A stretch of DNA of 32,000 nucleotides. It comes from Ruminococcus albus 7 = DSM 20455 (GTDB lineage Bacteria; Bacillota; Clostridia; Oscillospirales; Ruminococcaceae). Both the position numbers and the translations under genes were made by a program. The notes under the pieces were generated by a model. That model was not told where the DNA came from and ran no database searches. It worked only from the letters and a program-made list of their open reading frames with translations. The stretch covers positions 30,001 through 62,000 of the forward strand of contig NC_014825.1 of the NCBI RefSeq assembly GCF_000179635.2, in the 5' to 3' direction. Positions 1-8,185 of the stretch are shown piece by piece; position 1 is the first letter of the stretch, and each line of letters begins with the position of its first letter.

Positions 1-3
1 CGC

Positions 4-33
4 AATAAAAAAGTCGGGGAGTTCATCCCCGAC
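4..33 (-). terminator. intrinsic terminator downstream of CDS 43..636
   Basis: Stem GTCGGGGA (13-20) / TCCCCGAC (26-33) with a 5-nt loop. On the minus strand it is followed by TTTTTTATT (rc of 4-12). Confidence 0.75.
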
Positions 34-42
34 CATTGTAAA

Positions 43-636
43 TCACTGTTCACTCAGCCTCAGTATAGCCTCTCTCATGCGGTTAACATCTTCAAGGCTC
101 TTGGTAAGTCTGTTAACATCAGCCTGAAGAGTCTCAGATGCATCACCAAGTGTAGCGTTGATATTCGCAACCATAGCATCCATGATGCTCTGCTTTCTGT
201 TATTGGCATCGGCAATAATATTCTCTGCCTCTGCACGCGCACGGCTAACGATATCCTCAGCATCCTGATTAGCTCTGTCTACCTGCTCCTTGACATACTG
301 CTCAGCTCTTGCTATTATAGCTTCCTGAGAAACCAGCTTGTCAGCCTCGGCTTTAGCATCCTTCATTACTGCTTCTTTCTCGGATAATGCAGAATTTCTG
401 ATCTCATCAGCTTCCTTCTTGGCAGCTTCAAGTATGACCTTTCTCTGCACCTCCAGCTCCTGAGCTCTCTTTATCTCAGGCGGTATGCTCATTCTTACCT
501 CATCGACCAGCTCATGTATGCGGTCGCCGTCAATCATCTTCTTATTTGAAAAAGGAACCGTAGCGCCGTTATCAATAGTTTCATCTATTCTTTCCAGCAG
601 GTCGTTCATGGGGGTATAATCCTTGTTTTCGCTCAT
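43..636 (-). CDS. hypothetical charged coiled-coil protein (ATP-synthase b / V-ATPase G-like heptad sequence; function unassigned)
   Basis: Long ORF. SD AAGGAAG (rc of 644-650) lies 7 nt before the ATG at 636, and the ORF-track start at 654 falls inside that SD. The sequence is rich in A/E/K/R/Q and looks like coiled coil. Confidence 0.6.
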   Translation of the reverse strand: MSENKDYTPMNDLLERIDETIDNGATVPFSNKKMIDGDRIHELVDEVRMSIPPEIKRAQELEVQRKVILEAAKKEADEIRNSALSEKEAVMKDAKAEADKLVSQEAIIARAEQYVKEQVDRANQDAEDIVSRARAEAENIIADANNRKQSIMDAMVANINATLGDASETLQADVNRLTKSLEDVNRMREAILRLSEQ

Positions 637-724
637 AATAATACTTCCTTTCATATTTATATCTGCAGACTTTTCAAATTATTGACGCTATATATCTCAC
701 GCCGTATATTAAGCCTTGATCAGC

Positions 725-1240
725 TCACACAGCGTTGTCTGCCTGTTGCGCGTCAGTGTTTGGACAAAGCCTGTTTTTTATCTTTTCCAGTATCGCGGGT
801 GAAACAAAGCCCGAAATATCACCGCCAAAGCTTGCTATCTCCTTTACAACGCTCGAAGAAAGGAACATATTCTCACCTGCAGTGGTAAGAAAAACAGTTT
901 CAGCATCATTATAGAGTTTTTTGTTGGCAAGCGCCATCTGAAATTCATACTCAAAATCAGACACAGCCCTCAAGCCCTTGACAATGACCTCTGCTCCTGT
1001 CATTTTAAGATAATCAGCCAGCAGACCATCAAAGCAGTCAACGACTACATTATCAAGATCCTTTGTAACTGCGATTATCATTTCTATCCTCTCTTTGGTG
1101 GAGAAAACAGCTTTGTTTTTGTTTTTATTGAAGCTGACCAGCACTATGACCTTGTCAAACAGCTTGGAAGCACGCTCGATTATATCGAGATGTCCGAGTG
1201 TTACAGGATCAAAGCTGCCGGGACAAACAGCGATCTTCAT
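725..1240 (-). CDS. coaD: phosphopantetheine adenylyltransferase
   Basis: N-terminal MKIAVCPGSFDPVTLGHLDII (the nucleotidyltransferase T/HxGH motif), typical CoaD length, and the conserved rsmD-coaD gene order. Confidence 0.93.
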   Translation of the reverse strand: MKIAVCPGSFDPVTLGHLDIIERASKLFDKVIVLVSFNKNKNKAVFSTKERIEMIIAVTKDLDNVVVDCFDGLLADYLKMTGAEVIVKGLRAVSDFEYEFQMALANKKLYNDAETVFLTTAGENMFLSSSVVKEIASFGGDISGFVSPAILEKIKNRLCPNTDAQQADNAV

Positions 1241-1243
1241 ATC

Positions 1244-1792
1244 TTATTCTTCCTCTGTTGGTATTTTAAATATAGTAACAGCTATCTTACCGTATTTATA
1301 ACGCTTATGCATCTTCAGCCTGCCGTACTCATCACCAAGCTGAAGCTCTTTTTCATGCTCACAGACTACTATGGCTCTGTCGCTGAGGTGTGAATCAATA
1401 CTGCCGAGTACCTTCTCAATGATACCCTTTCCATAAGGGGGATCAAGAAGAACGATATCGAACTGACCCTTAGCTACCTTGATGTAATCAAGGCTGTCCA
1501 TATTCAGCACACGGGATTCGGTATTGAACTTGCAGTCTGAGATATTTTCCTTTATCACCTGCACAGCAGCAGGATTATTGTCAACAAAAACACAGTGCGA
1601 TGCCTCACGGCTCAGGGCTTCTATACCCATCTGTCCGCTGCCTGCAAAAAGATCAAGCACCTGCGAACCCGGAACATCAAACTGTATGGCAGAAAAAACT
1701 GCCTCTTTGACCATATCAGTAGTCGGTCTTGTATCAAGGGTATCCAGCGTTTTAAGCTTTTTACCTCTTCTTGAACCAGTGATAACTCTCAT
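1244..1792 (-). CDS. rsmD: 16S rRNA (guanine966-N2)-methyltransferase
   Basis: MRVITGSRRGKKL...TRPTTDMVKEAVF, the SAM-binding motif DLFAGSGQMGIEALSR and the DPPY motif. The gene ends 3 nt before coaD. Confidence 0.9.
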   Translation of the reverse strand: MRVITGSRRGKKLKTLDTLDTRPTTDMVKEAVFSAIQFDVPGSQVLDLFAGSGQMGIEALSREASHCVFVDNNPAAVQVIKENISDCKFNTESRVLNMDSLDYIKVAKGQFDIVLLDPPYGKGIIEKVLGSIDSHLSDRAIVVCEHEKELQLGDEYGRLKMHKRYKYGKIAVTIFKIPTEEE

Positions 1793-1820
1793 AAAAACTC
1801 TCCTAAACTCTAATATACCT

Positions 1821-1849
1821 ATTATACAATATTTCTCGTCTTTTGTCCA
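1821..1849 (-). promoter_or_regulatory. candidate sigma-A promoter of rsmD-coaD
   Basis: Minus strand reads TGGACA (1849-1844), a 17-nt spacer, then TATAAT (1826-1821). It lies about 30 nt upstream of the rsmD ATG. Confidence 0.5.
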
Positions 1850-1911
1850 GTATATTTTTAAGTTTTTTTATAATTTTCACAAACTGCATTTTACATCTTT
1901 TCTTATATACC

Positions 1912-1945
1912 CGCAAAAAGACACTCCTGACGAACAGAAGTGTCT
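1912..1945 (-). terminator. intrinsic terminator after SDR gene 2015..2782
   Basis: Stem AGACACT (1919-1925) / AGTGTCT (1939-1945). On the minus strand it is followed by TTTTTGCGG. Confidence 0.6.
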
Positions 1946-2014
1946 GAAATCAGCATTTTATATGGAAAATGAGGTACTTCATCTTGTACAAAATATTATA
2001 GATATATTAAGCAG

Positions 2015-2782
2015 TCAGTGATCGTTCTTTTGTTTTTCCGATTGAAGCTTTCCTGTTAAGGCAAGTGATATACTTCTCGGTGAAAGCTGTGCAGCCTTTG
2101 CCACCATGCCAAGACCCTTTTCAGGAACGATTATAAGCTTACCTGCAAACATTCCCTCTACCGCACGTTTAGCACAGTATTCAGCTGTAATAGACTTTAC
2201 TCCGAACTGAGCACCTGCCACTGAATTGAACTCCGTATCCACAGGTCCGGGACAAAGGGCTGATACTTTCACACGGCTGCCTATCATTTTGAGCTCCTCA
2301 CTTATGGAACTTGTCAGACTTATTACATAGGCTTTAGTTGCGTAATACGTTGCCATAAGCGGTCCGCCAGGCATCAGACCTGCAGAAGATGCAACATTCA
2401 GTATATAACCTCTGTTATCAGAAATAAGATCGCGCAAAAACAGTTTTGTGAGTATATGCACAGCCTTTACATTCGTATCGATCATACGCAGTTCATCTTC
2501 CAGCGGTATCTCATCGAACCTTCCAAGCTTTCCAAAGCCTGCATTATTTACTATAACAGTGACATTTTCATCCTGTACCTCTCTGTGCAGACGTATGCAT
2601 TCGCTTTCATCCGAAAGGTCACACACAATAACTCTGCTGTCCCTGAGTTCACTTGCAAGTTCACGCAATCTGTCCTCACGTCTGGCAGCGAGTATTACTC
2701 TGAAATCTCTTCTGTCAAGCTCCTTTGCTATTTCCCTGCCGATACCGGAGCTTGCACCTGTGACCAAAGCTGTTCTTGCCAT
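2015..2782 (-). CDS. short-chain dehydrogenase/reductase (SDR) family oxidoreductase
   Basis: TGASSGIG cofactor-binding motif at the N-terminus, NNAG, and a YxxxK catalytic motif (YATKAY). Confidence 0.85.
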   Translation of the reverse strand: MARTALVTGASSGIGREIAKELDRRDFRVILAARREDRLRELASELRDSRVIVCDLSDESECIRLHREVQDENVTVIVNNAGFGKLGRFDEIPLEDELRMIDTNVKAVHILTKLFLRDLISDNRGYILNVASSAGLMPGGPLMATYYATKAYVISLTSSISEELKMIGSRVKVSALCPGPVDTEFNSVAGAQFGVKSITAEYCAKRAVEGMFAGKLIIVPEKGLGMVAKAAQLSPRSISLALTGKLQSEKQKNDH

Positions 2783-2924
2783 AATATCAGTCCTTTCTTA
2801 ATAGATATTGAATATATTATACTATCCCGTAATTTAATTGTCAACGTATTTCTGAAACAAATCAAAACATAAACTGTGAACATCAGGCAGTACAGCAGCT
2901 AAGAACAAAAACCACACCTGTTTT

Positions 2925-2976
2925 TAAAACATATAAAAGTTATGCCCCGAAGCGTTTTAAAGCACTTCGGGGCATC
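2925..2976 (-). terminator. intrinsic terminator after CDS 3012..3374 (hairpin could act on either strand)
   Basis: 11-bp stem ATGCCCCGAAG (2942-2952) / CTTCGGGGCAT (2966-2976). T-rich tracts follow on both strands. Confidence 0.7.
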
Positions 2977-3011
2977 GTATTATTTTTCCTGTTCGGTTAA
3001 ACAGAAGTTTA

Positions 3012-3374
3012 TCACTCTGAAACAAATCTTAAATAAGGATCATCTAAATTATTCGCCACATCATATTGTGCCTTTTCCCAAAGTTCAAGTCGATTATTAT
3101 TTTCCATATCTGAAAGTATCTGACCAATTTCATCAATATAACCGATCGCAAGGTAGTCTTTCAAGAATTGGATACCGATCTGATACGGATCATTTGGCTC
3201 AGAAACCTTATCGATTGCTTCATCCCAGTCAGAAGCATAAGCCGAGTCAGCAGGACAACCATCTGCGAGCAAGCTCATTCCTCCAAGTAATCCTCCTAAC
3301 CAATCATGTTCCTCAGCATTCCAAATATAATCAAGATAACGGAAAAAAATACGATATCCTATTTTATTCTTCAC
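3012..3374 (-). CDS. hypothetical small acidic cytoplasmic protein (orphan; immunity-protein-like in size and composition only)
   Basis: ORF with SD AAGGAG (rc of 3384-3389) 9 nt before the GTG at 3374. The ORF-track TTG at 3392 overlaps that SD. The gene is AT-rich compared with its neighbours, and I recognise no family. Confidence 0.55.
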   Translation of the reverse strand: MKNKIGYRIFFRYLDYIWNAEEHDWLGGLLGGMSLLADGCPADSAYASDWDEAIDKVSEPNDPYQIGIQFLKDYLAIGYIDEIGQILSDMENNNRLELWEKAQYDVANNLDDPYLRFVSE

Positions 3375-3434
3375 AATTGTATACTCCTTCAAATTCCGAT
3401 TTTATTAGAAATAATTTTAGCACAGCATAGTTAT

Positions 3435-3486
3435 TATCAATATAAACGCCACAGTACTTCTGACTGTATATCAGAAATACTATGGC
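3435..3486 (-). terminator. intrinsic terminator after CDS 3562..5211
   Basis: 16-bp stem 3448-3463 / 3471-3486. Its two imperfect positions are G-U pairs on the minus-strand RNA but C-A mismatches on the plus strand. On the minus strand it is followed by TTTATATTGATAA. Confidence 0.75.
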
Positions 3487-3561
3487 GCAAAATTACTTTA
3501 TAAGTGCCCGACTTTTATCAGCAGGGTATTATAATTATCGATAGATCATAAACACGAAATA

Positions 3562-5211
3562 TTATGCACGATCCTCAGCAGTGCTTTCGGTTGAATACTC
3601 ATTTTCAAAAGCTTCCCAATCGAAATCATCGTCATCAGAAGAAGATCCGCTGCTGTAAGAAGATGATGATGAAGAACCGAACAGAGAATTATACATCTCG
3701 TCGCCCAGATTTTCCTTGAGCTTGTTCATAAAGCCCTCAGTATCGCAAGTTTCGAGATACTTATTCATCTGCTCCTCGTCAAGTGCATTGAAGACCTGAA
3801 CATCGCTACCAGGAACATCAACGTCAGAAGCTTCTGTCTTTTCGCCTGTCATCTTCATTGTAAATGCATTCTCGCCATTGAGACCGATATCAAATGTAAC
3901 ATCTAAATCATCAGCTGTAGAATCAGACTTAACTTCCATCCAGATAGAATCAGAAGTGCCGTCCTCATTAACGCTGACATCAAATCTGATAGTGCCTGCG
4001 AAGTTCTCGCCAACATTCTTCATATCAGTCATGGTGTAAACGACCTTCATGTTCTCCTCGCCGTCATCGGTAGAAGTAACAGTGTAGGTACCGTTAACTA
4101 CATCATTCTCGCTCTTCAGTGCGCCGTAAGCTGTTACAGCTGTGCCATCACCGCTGTCGAAGCTGATATCCAGACCCTCAGCATTTTCGTTGCTGACACT
4201 GATGAACTTCAGCTCACCCTTTTCATCGGAAGGCTTCAGATTGAAACCTGCGAACTGACCGTCGCTGTTCTCATAGGTTTCCAGCATAACAGTTTCCTCG
4301 CCCTTGATCTCACCCTTGACCTCCTCGAGCATCTTGTCGATAGCCTCTTCATAGGAAGGAGTAGAAGGAGCTTCTTCGCCGTACTTCTCATACATAGCGG
4401 AGCTCTGCTGATTAGCAGCCTCAACGCCCTGCTCATACAGTTTCTTGAAATTCTCGTCTGTCTTAGCCTTTTCAAGAACAGCAGTAACTACCTTCTGTCC
4501 GTCAGCAGCTGTCAGCTCATAGGACTTGGAAGTATACTCATAAGAAACGCCGTCGATATCACCGCTCTTAGTTCCGTTCTCCTTAGCCTCAGGGAAATTA
4601 TCCTTTACTAACTGCTCATATTCCTTAATGTCAGCCTCAAATGCTTCGGTATCAAAATCGAAGTTCTGAGCTGTCTGAGCATACTGGTCGAAATCAATGC
4701 CTACGCTATCCTTCAGATAGGATTCAGCTTCAGCCCTGTTTACCTTGATATAAGCCTCTGAAAGCTCGGGTACTCTAACGTACATCTCTTCGCTGTTCTC
4801 TCTGCTGTATACCTGATTTACAGTAACTACCTTCTGACCGCCGTATGTCAGCTCGATATCGCCGCCCTCATTGCCGCCTTTCTGCTTGCTGGATACGGTC
4901 ATGCCGAAATCCTTGGGAGCTGTGGGCATATTCTTTGTAATTGCAGGGCCAAAGCTTATATTGAAGCTACCACTATAAGCGTAATCTACATCGCCCTTTG
5001 CGATCTCGGTCGCCTTATCTATAGTGTTGGTGATATTCTCAGCCATAACACTCAGCTTGGGAGATACTACAACAGAGCTCTGATTTTTTGACTTCTCACT
5101 GGATGCCTTGTCAGCATTCTTGTTTAACACAAAATAACCAACGCCCGAACCAACTACTGCTACGCCAAGTACACCGGCGAGTACGGGTGTAAGTACATTC
5201 TTCTTTACCAT
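3562..5211 (-). CDS. hypothetical N-terminally membrane-anchored, highly acidic protein with a poly-Ser/Asp C-terminal tail
   Basis: SD AGGAGG lies 7 nt before the ATG. One N-terminal TM segment (VLTPVLAGVLGVAVVGSGVGYFVL), then about 500 aa of D/E/K/T-rich sequence ending in SSSSSSYSSGSSSDDDDFDWEAFENEY. Confidence 0.75.
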   Translation of the reverse strand: MVKKNVLTPVLAGVLGVAVVGSGVGYFVLNKNADKASSEKSKNQSSVVVSPKLSVMAENITNTIDKATEIAKGDVDYAYSGSFNISFGPAITKNMPTAPKDFGMTVSSKQKGGNEGGDIELTYGGQKVVTVNQVYSRENSEEMYVRVPELSEAYIKVNRAEAESYLKDSVGIDFDQYAQTAQNFDFDTEAFEADIKEYEQLVKDNFPEAKENGTKSGDIDGVSYEYTSKSYELTAADGQKVVTAVLEKAKTDENFKKLYEQGVEAANQQSSAMYEKYGEEAPSTPSYEEAIDKMLEEVKGEIKGEETVMLETYENSDGQFAGFNLKPSDEKGELKFISVSNENAEGLDISFDSGDGTAVTAYGALKSENDVVNGTYTVTSTDDGEENMKVVYTMTDMKNVGENFAGTIRFDVSVNEDGTSDSIWMEVKSDSTADDLDVTFDIGLNGENAFTMKMTGEKTEASDVDVPGSDVQVFNALDEEQMNKYLETCDTEGFMNKLKENLGDEMYNSLFGSSSSSSYSSGSSSDDDDFDWEAFENEYSTESTAEDRA

Positions 5212-5312
5212 AATGCTACCTCCTGAAAATTGTGTATGTGTTATTCTCTCTTTCTTGACTACTGACGACAGACTTTGTAAACCAATTAACAGTCTGTGTC
5301 TTACTGACTAAT

Positions 5313-5341
5313 AATATACCACATTTTGATATCACTGTCAA
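5313..5341 (-). promoter_or_regulatory. candidate sigma-A promoter of CDS 3562..5211
   Basis: Minus strand reads TTGACA (5341-5336), a 17-nt spacer ending in TGG, then TATATT (5318-5313). Confidence 0.6.
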
Positions 5342-5453
5342 TAGTGAATTTATTACAAATTATGCCACTTCAACCTTGCGGATTAGGGCATTTTCGGGCA
5401 TTCTATCGATTTGGCGAATTCGGTATGACAACTGTGTGAAAGCTGTGTGATAC

Positions 5454-7883
5454 CTATTCTTTTACATCCACACCGTAGCTGCCGCACAAGGTTTTGAGTG
5501 CCTGCCTGAATCCCAGACCGATGGTCTTGGCTTTCCAGCCATTATTATTGTATATTTCCATAGCCACTACCGAACGTTCATCATCAAGCCCCGAAAGCTC
5601 ATAGCTGCAAAGCTCTTTTCCGCCGCAGCTTATGCGCACAACAGGCTTGTTCACCTTGCCGAACGCCTGACCTTCCACATCGCCGTATATAGCGAAAGCA
5701 ACAGCCAGCTTATTTATCTCACTGTCCAGTTTTGATAGTTCAACGGTGAACATCCTTGTCTGCTGAGGATGATTGTTTATAGCCTTGTCAACGGAAGCCT
5801 TCTGTCCGAAGAATACAAGATCGGCATCGCTCCTTACCTTGCCGTTCTCAGTAAGCAGGAAGATATATCCGTCGATATCAATTCCTTCCTCAGCCTGATA
5901 ATCCATATCTATGACCAGCATCTGTGAAGCGTAATCGTTAAGATCAAATCTTGCACCCCTGACCAGTCTGACTGTACCGCCCTCCTCAGCTGATCTGATC
6001 TCCTCGGGCTCAACATCTATTATCTCATCATCGGCGGTATTGTTCTGTTCGCCAATATACTCTGCTTTTTCCGCGGATATCTCGGGTGCGATAGTTTCCG
6101 CAGTTTCTGCTTCGGGTTCGGTTTCTTTTGTGTAAGTCTCGGGTGCGATAGTTTCTTCAGTTTCTGCCTCGGGTTCTGATTCTGTTGTGTAGGTCTCGGG
6201 TGCGATAGTTTCTTCAGTTTCTGCTTCGGGTTCGGTTTCTGTCGTGTAAATCTCGGGTGCGATAGCTTCTGCAGTTTCTGCTTCGGGTTCGGTTTCTGTC
6301 GTGTAAATCTCAGGTGCGATAGCTTCTGCAGTTTCTACTTCGGGTTCGGTTTCTGTTGTGTAAGTCTCGGATGCGATAGTTTCTGCAGTTTCTGCTTCGG
6401 GTTCGGTTTCTGCCGTGTAATTCTCGGGTACGATAGTTTCTTCAGTTTCTGCTTCGGGTTCGGTTTCTGCAGATGCGGGAACCGCATTCGGTACTGCTGC
6501 AGTTCCTTTTACAGCCTTTCTGCCGAACTGAACACTTTCGCCCAGCTGTTTGATACGTTCAAACAATGCCTTTTCAGCACCCTTTGTAATTTCCTCTTCA
6601 TCAAACTGTTTTTCCGCATGGATACATATTATAGTTCCGCTGTGATCTATCTCCAGCACACAGCTGTAAATATCCTCACGATCAGTACTTCTCATTATCG
6701 TAGCCTTGATATAACCGTTCCTGTCATTACGGACAGTTTCCGTATCCACAAGGGTACCGAATGAGCTAAGCTGTACAGTAAGTTCCGATGCCTCTGCTTC
6801 AGCTGTATCCATTACTATTATCTCACAGTCGATATCGTCATCATTGTCCTCATAGGGTACGAATCCTACATCGTTCAGAGTAAGGCGTTTTTTGTCAGCG
6901 CCTCTCAGTACAGAGTGATCATCAGCTGTAATAACTATACCGTCAGCGATCTCAAATTCCATAGCCTTGCGTTCGGGTGCCTCCAGCAGCAGGAACTGCG
7001 CTCCTCCGGTCACGGCATAATACTCGGCAGTACTTCCCTTGCAGCCGCCTATAACAACACCGCTTCCGACAACATCTCTGCCTATGGTTATATTCTTTTT
7101 AAGTATATCGAACTCTTTAAGAGAGGTACAGCCTTTAAGTGCACCGTCACTCACTTCAAGGAACACAGGCAGAAGCACCAGCTTTTCTATATTCCTGCAG
7201 CTGAGCTTTTCAAGCACTGTAACGCCTTCAAGTGCTGCAGCATCATTCAGCGACAGCATTGCTTCTTCCACCATACCATTTTCCCATTCATGACCATCTG
7301 CATCCGTTATGGAAAGTCTGCCGTCTTTGAAAAGAAGTGCTGCATTATCCTCGGTATAGCTTCCGCCTGCGAAATTCAGCTGCCAGAACACCTGACTTCC
7401 GTTCTTGAATCCTATGCGTTCAAATCCGAATACTTCTTCTCCGTCAGCCGCAGCCGAACTGCGTGTTACCGTGATATCCAGTTTGTCTGCAATATCCGTT
7501 TGTGCAAAAAGCTCACTTATCACTTTAAGTTTGCTGCCGACAGTATCGTCTTTCTCCGAGCGTATACCATAAGAAAGACAATCTGCCCTTTCCTGTGCGC
7601 CGATAGTACACTTCATTTCATTATATGCTGTTTTATCCTCAGCGTTCAGATCGTTATATCCGCAGCCCGACCATGCCATAAATATCATCTGAGGAAGTTC
7701 GGCTTCTCCGCCCTCTTTTGCAAATATAAGTCCGTCATCGGTACGCACTGTCCTGACTCCTGATGAACTGTCAAATCCTACACCGGAAAAACCGTTATTT
7801 GCCAGCACCTCTGCAAGAACATCATCATTGATCTTATATGACACGAGCCCACAATTTCTGACACCAAGATTTGTATTTTCCAT
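5454..7883 (-). CDS. multidomain protein: unknown N-terminal region with one BspA-type LRR-like unit, a 7 x 19-aa acidic repeat linker, and a C-terminal TerD-family domain
   Basis: SD AGGAGGA lies 8 nt before the ATG. The C-terminal ~185 aa (nt ~5457-6020) reads like TerD/TerZ: GKVRSDADLVFFGQ, LAVAFAIYGD, NGWKAKTIGLGF...GVDV. No signal peptide or TM segment is visible. Confidence 0.8.
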   Translation of the reverse strand: MENTNLGVRNCGLVSYKINDDVLAEVLANNGFSGVGFDSSSGVRTVRTDDGLIFAKEGGEAELPQMIFMAWSGCGYNDLNAEDKTAYNEMKCTIGAQERADCLSYGIRSEKDDTVGSKLKVISELFAQTDIADKLDITVTRSSAAADGEEVFGFERIGFKNGSQVFWQLNFAGGSYTEDNAALLFKDGRLSITDADGHEWENGMVEEAMLSLNDAAALEGVTVLEKLSCRNIEKLVLLPVFLEVSDGALKGCTSLKEFDILKKNITIGRDVVGSGVVIGGCKGSTAEYYAVTGGAQFLLLEAPERKAMEFEIADGIVITADDHSVLRGADKKRLTLNDVGFVPYEDNDDDIDCEIIVMDTAEAEASELTVQLSSFGTLVDTETVRNDRNGYIKATIMRSTDREDIYSCVLEIDHSGTIICIHAEKQFDEEEITKGAEKALFERIKQLGESVQFGRKAVKGTAAVPNAVPASAETEPEAETEETIVPENYTAETEPEAETAETIASETYTTETEPEVETAEAIAPEIYTTETEPEAETAEAIAPEIYTTETEPEAETEETIAPETYTTESEPEAETEETIAPETYTKETEPEAETAETIAPEISAEKAEYIGEQNNTADDEIIDVEPEEIRSAEEGGTVRLVRGARFDLNDYASQMLVIDMDYQAEEGIDIDGYIFLLTENGKVRSDADLVFFGQKASVDKAINNHPQQTRMFTVELSKLDSEINKLAVAFAIYGDVEGQAFGKVNKPVVRISCGGKELCSYELSGLDDERSVVAMEIYNNNGWKAKTIGLGFRQALKTLCGSYGVDVKE
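6079..6477 (-). repeat. seven tandem 57-bp in-frame repeats
   Basis: Units start at 6079, 6136, 6193, 6250, 6307, 6364 and 6421 and differ by only a few substitutions each. They encode 19-aa units such as ETEPEAETAETIAPEIYTT. Confidence 0.95.
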
Positions 7884-8113
7884 TGTTGTTATCCTCCTAA
7901 TCCAGAGATATTAAAAACGACAAAAGTTTCTATATGTACAGTACTAACCCTCGAAAAACATGGGCAAGTACCGGATACTTTATATGTCATTTGCAATAGT
8001 TTTCAATATTATAACACATTTTTATTCTTTTGTCTATATCTATCATGCAACTTTACTGCATCTGAAAATTTATTCAGCTCAGGTATTTGCTCTCCTTTCG
8101 TGCTTTATTATCA

Positions 8114-8142
8114 TTGACTTTGCACTGAACTTCTGTTAGAAT
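8114..8142 (+). promoter_or_regulatory. candidate sigma-A promoter of CDS 8186..8749 with an embedded palindrome-like motif
   Basis: TTGACT (8114-8119), a 17-nt spacer, then TAGAAT (8137-8142). The spacer contains CTGAACTTCTG (8125-8135), which shares the 9-mer GAACTTCTG with two sites upstream of the sigma gene. Confidence 0.6.
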
Positions 8143-8185
8143 ATAATTAAATCAAAAAACTTCCAAGGGAGAGGAGTTGTCATTT

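Noticed and set aside
6079-6477. The regular 57-bp periodicity could be mistaken for a CRISPR array.
   Set aside because: The units are directly abutting with no unique spacers. They are in frame within an 809-codon ORF, and no cas genes are present.
6915-7763. Long antisense ORFs in the track: 6915..7763 (+), 10682..11626 (+), 21698..22594 (+), 1524..2021 (+), 16026..16469 (+) and 20801..21433 (+).
   Set aside because: Each lies entirely inside, and opposite to, a well-supported gene (TerD fusion, copA, metH, rsmD, addA). None has an SD. Their translations are Ser/Cys/Leu-rich and low-complexity, as expected for shadow frames.
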